64,000 bases of DNA, taken from assembly GCA_963773915.1 (NCBI GenBank), contig CAVZCY010000003.1, forward strand, positions 5,914 through 69,913. Reading direction: 5' to 3'. A model generated the notes under the pieces. That model worked only from the letters and a program-made list of their open reading frames with translations. It searched no databases and was not told where the DNA came from. Shown here one piece after another: positions 62,774 to 64,000 of this stretch (its first letter is position 1; each line of letters opens with the position of its first letter). Both the position numbers and the translations under genes were made by a program. This stretch comes from an uncultured Acidobacteriaceae bacterium. Lineage in GTDB: Bacteria > Acidobacteriota > Terriglobia > Terriglobales > Acidobacteriaceae.

Positions 62774-64000
62774 CTAAAGCTGGCTGTACATTGGAGCGTC
62801 CATGATCTCTTCGGTCTCTGGATTCCAATAGAGCTTCTTGCCGCTCCAATAGGAATGCGCGGCCATGATAATCACGATCGAGTGCGCGAATCCAAAGTCC
62901 ACGTTTGCGTTCGGGATTTGCCGGGAGCGAATCGAATTGAGCCAGTTCATGATGTGAACAACGCTGTCATCTCCTGGCCCGCGCCCGTCCCCCGCCTTAC
63001 CGTCCACCATCACTACCTCTTCCCCATCCGATGGTGGAGAGACAATTGGCACGCCAGTGTAGTCGACAGATCCGCCTGACTCCTGCGGGCCGCCCTCTTT
63101 GCTGACTGTCCACAGAGAAGCTCCTTCGCCGCCATAGTTGACCATGGTGCCTTTGGTGCCCATAATTCTCGAGAAACTTCTGTAGCTGTTTCCAAAGACT
63201 GTCTTATACGTGTAGAGAAAACCTTTGGGGTAGGTGACCGCTGCGACAGCGGTATCGGGATTCTCGCGGCCGTCCCTCCAGGCATATATTCCGCCGTTGG
63301 CCACCACGCTTGTTGGATAAAGCGAGTCGGTGAACAGATGCACCAGGTCGCAGCCGTGGCTCATCCATTGGTCGAATATCCCGGAGGAGAATTTTTTGTA
63401 AAGCCTAAATTCCAGGTACACGTGAGGATCGAAAGGCTGGTAAGGTTTGCCGAGCAGGTACCTGTTCCAATCCGTATCTTCCTCTTTGAGCGCCGAAGGT
63501 TTGCCCCAGAGTTCCTGCTGCCAATCGGCGTACTTGGCCAGCTCGCGTTCACCCATTTGGCTGCGTTGGGCGCGATACTCCGCCATCATCTTCTCCCGCT
63601 CCTCGGGAGAGGCGGCGGCGAATTTCGCCATCATCCCTGATCGACTCGCGGAGGGGCCTCCGCCGGTATCGGCGCCCACCCACCTCCACCGCTCCATGTT
63701 GACATTCCATTCCTGTTCGATATGAACAACGTCGCCTATGCGGCCGGAGCGGACGACATCGCGAGCGGCCAGTTGGAAGGGCTCGCTGCGATGCTGCGAT
63801 CCCATCTGCACCATCTGCTTTGAGGCCTTGACGATGTCGCGGGTTTCCTTGGCCTCGGAAAGCACGTTGGCAAACGGCTTCTCCACGTAGCAATCCTTTT
63901 CAGCCTTAACCACCTCGGCGCAAAGCTTGGCATGCGCAAAATCGGGGGTTGCGATCATCACGGCGTCAATATCTTTATTCGCCAGCATCTGTTCGATGTA
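62774..64000 (-). CDS. Gfo/Idh/MocA-family oxidoreductase, 5'-truncated by the window edge
   Basis: DAVMIATPDFAH, YVEKP, QMGSQHRS, DQWMSHGCD, GGIYAW.DGRE.PDT. Confidence 0.88.
   Translation of the reverse strand, partial: YIEQMLANKDIDAVMIATPDFAHAKLCAEVVKAEKDCYVEKPFANVLSEAKETRDIVKASKQMVQMGSQHRSEPFQLAARDVVRSGRIGDVVHIEQEWNVNMERWRWVGADTGGGPSASRSGMMAKFAAASPEEREKMMAEYRAQRSQMGERELAKYADWQQELWGKPSALKEEDTDWNRYLLGKPYQPFDPHVYLEFRLYKKFSSGIFDQWMSHGCDLVHLFTDSLYPTSVVANGGIYAWRDGRENPDTAVAAVTYPKGFLYTYKTVFGNSYRSFSRIMGTKGTMVNYGGEGASLWTVSKEGGPQESGGSVDYTGVPIVSPPSDGEEVVMVDGKAGDGRGPGDDSVVHIMNWLNSIRSRQIPNANVDFGFAHSIVIIMAAHSYWSGKKLYWNPETEEIMDAPMYSQL

Overview
GC-rich bacterial DNA whose gene content (Oar-type TonB receptors, CRTAC1/TPR pair, PQQ-like propeller, TCCTGAGCG...GAAGGAC repeats) points to an Acidobacteriaceae genome (inference). 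Bases 1-26.4 kb are ordinary chromosome: AhpD/CMD, HAD phosphatase, GT39, CAP protein, ampG, PAS-GGDEF-EAL, xerD-xerC, argJ, transporters, fdhD plus a ForC/YjgC-type formate dehydrogenase with a DUF1641 partner, a REC-TrxB/cNMP-kinase pair, and tRNAs Ile2, Arg, His and Pro. Many genes carry single-base indels, densest in the first 13 kb, which look like uncorrected long-read errors. From tRNA-Pro(TGG) at 26410 onward the window is a stack of accessory segments separated by three copies of the tRNA 3' half (30254, 47628, 56604). These copies are flanked by homologous arms carrying an inverted 18-bp motif at exactly conserved distances (133 bp left, 128 bp right). None of the three bounded segments (3.8, 17.4, 9.0 kb) encodes an integrase. 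Their cargo is an Ig-repeat/propeller surface protein, an arabinofuranosidase/esterase glycan-utilisation locus, and an RND efflux operon led by a small membrane ORF ending in RPPP. After the last junction come an hsdM scar, a methyltransferase, a symporter, a second TonB receptor and an oxidoreductase. Other notable items are three ~103-bp tandem repeats carrying the tRNA-Arg 3' end, nested modular intergenic hairpin repeats with compensatory changes, two LacI-type operators and a 68-bp tandem duplication in a leader region. All alignments and counts were done by hand.
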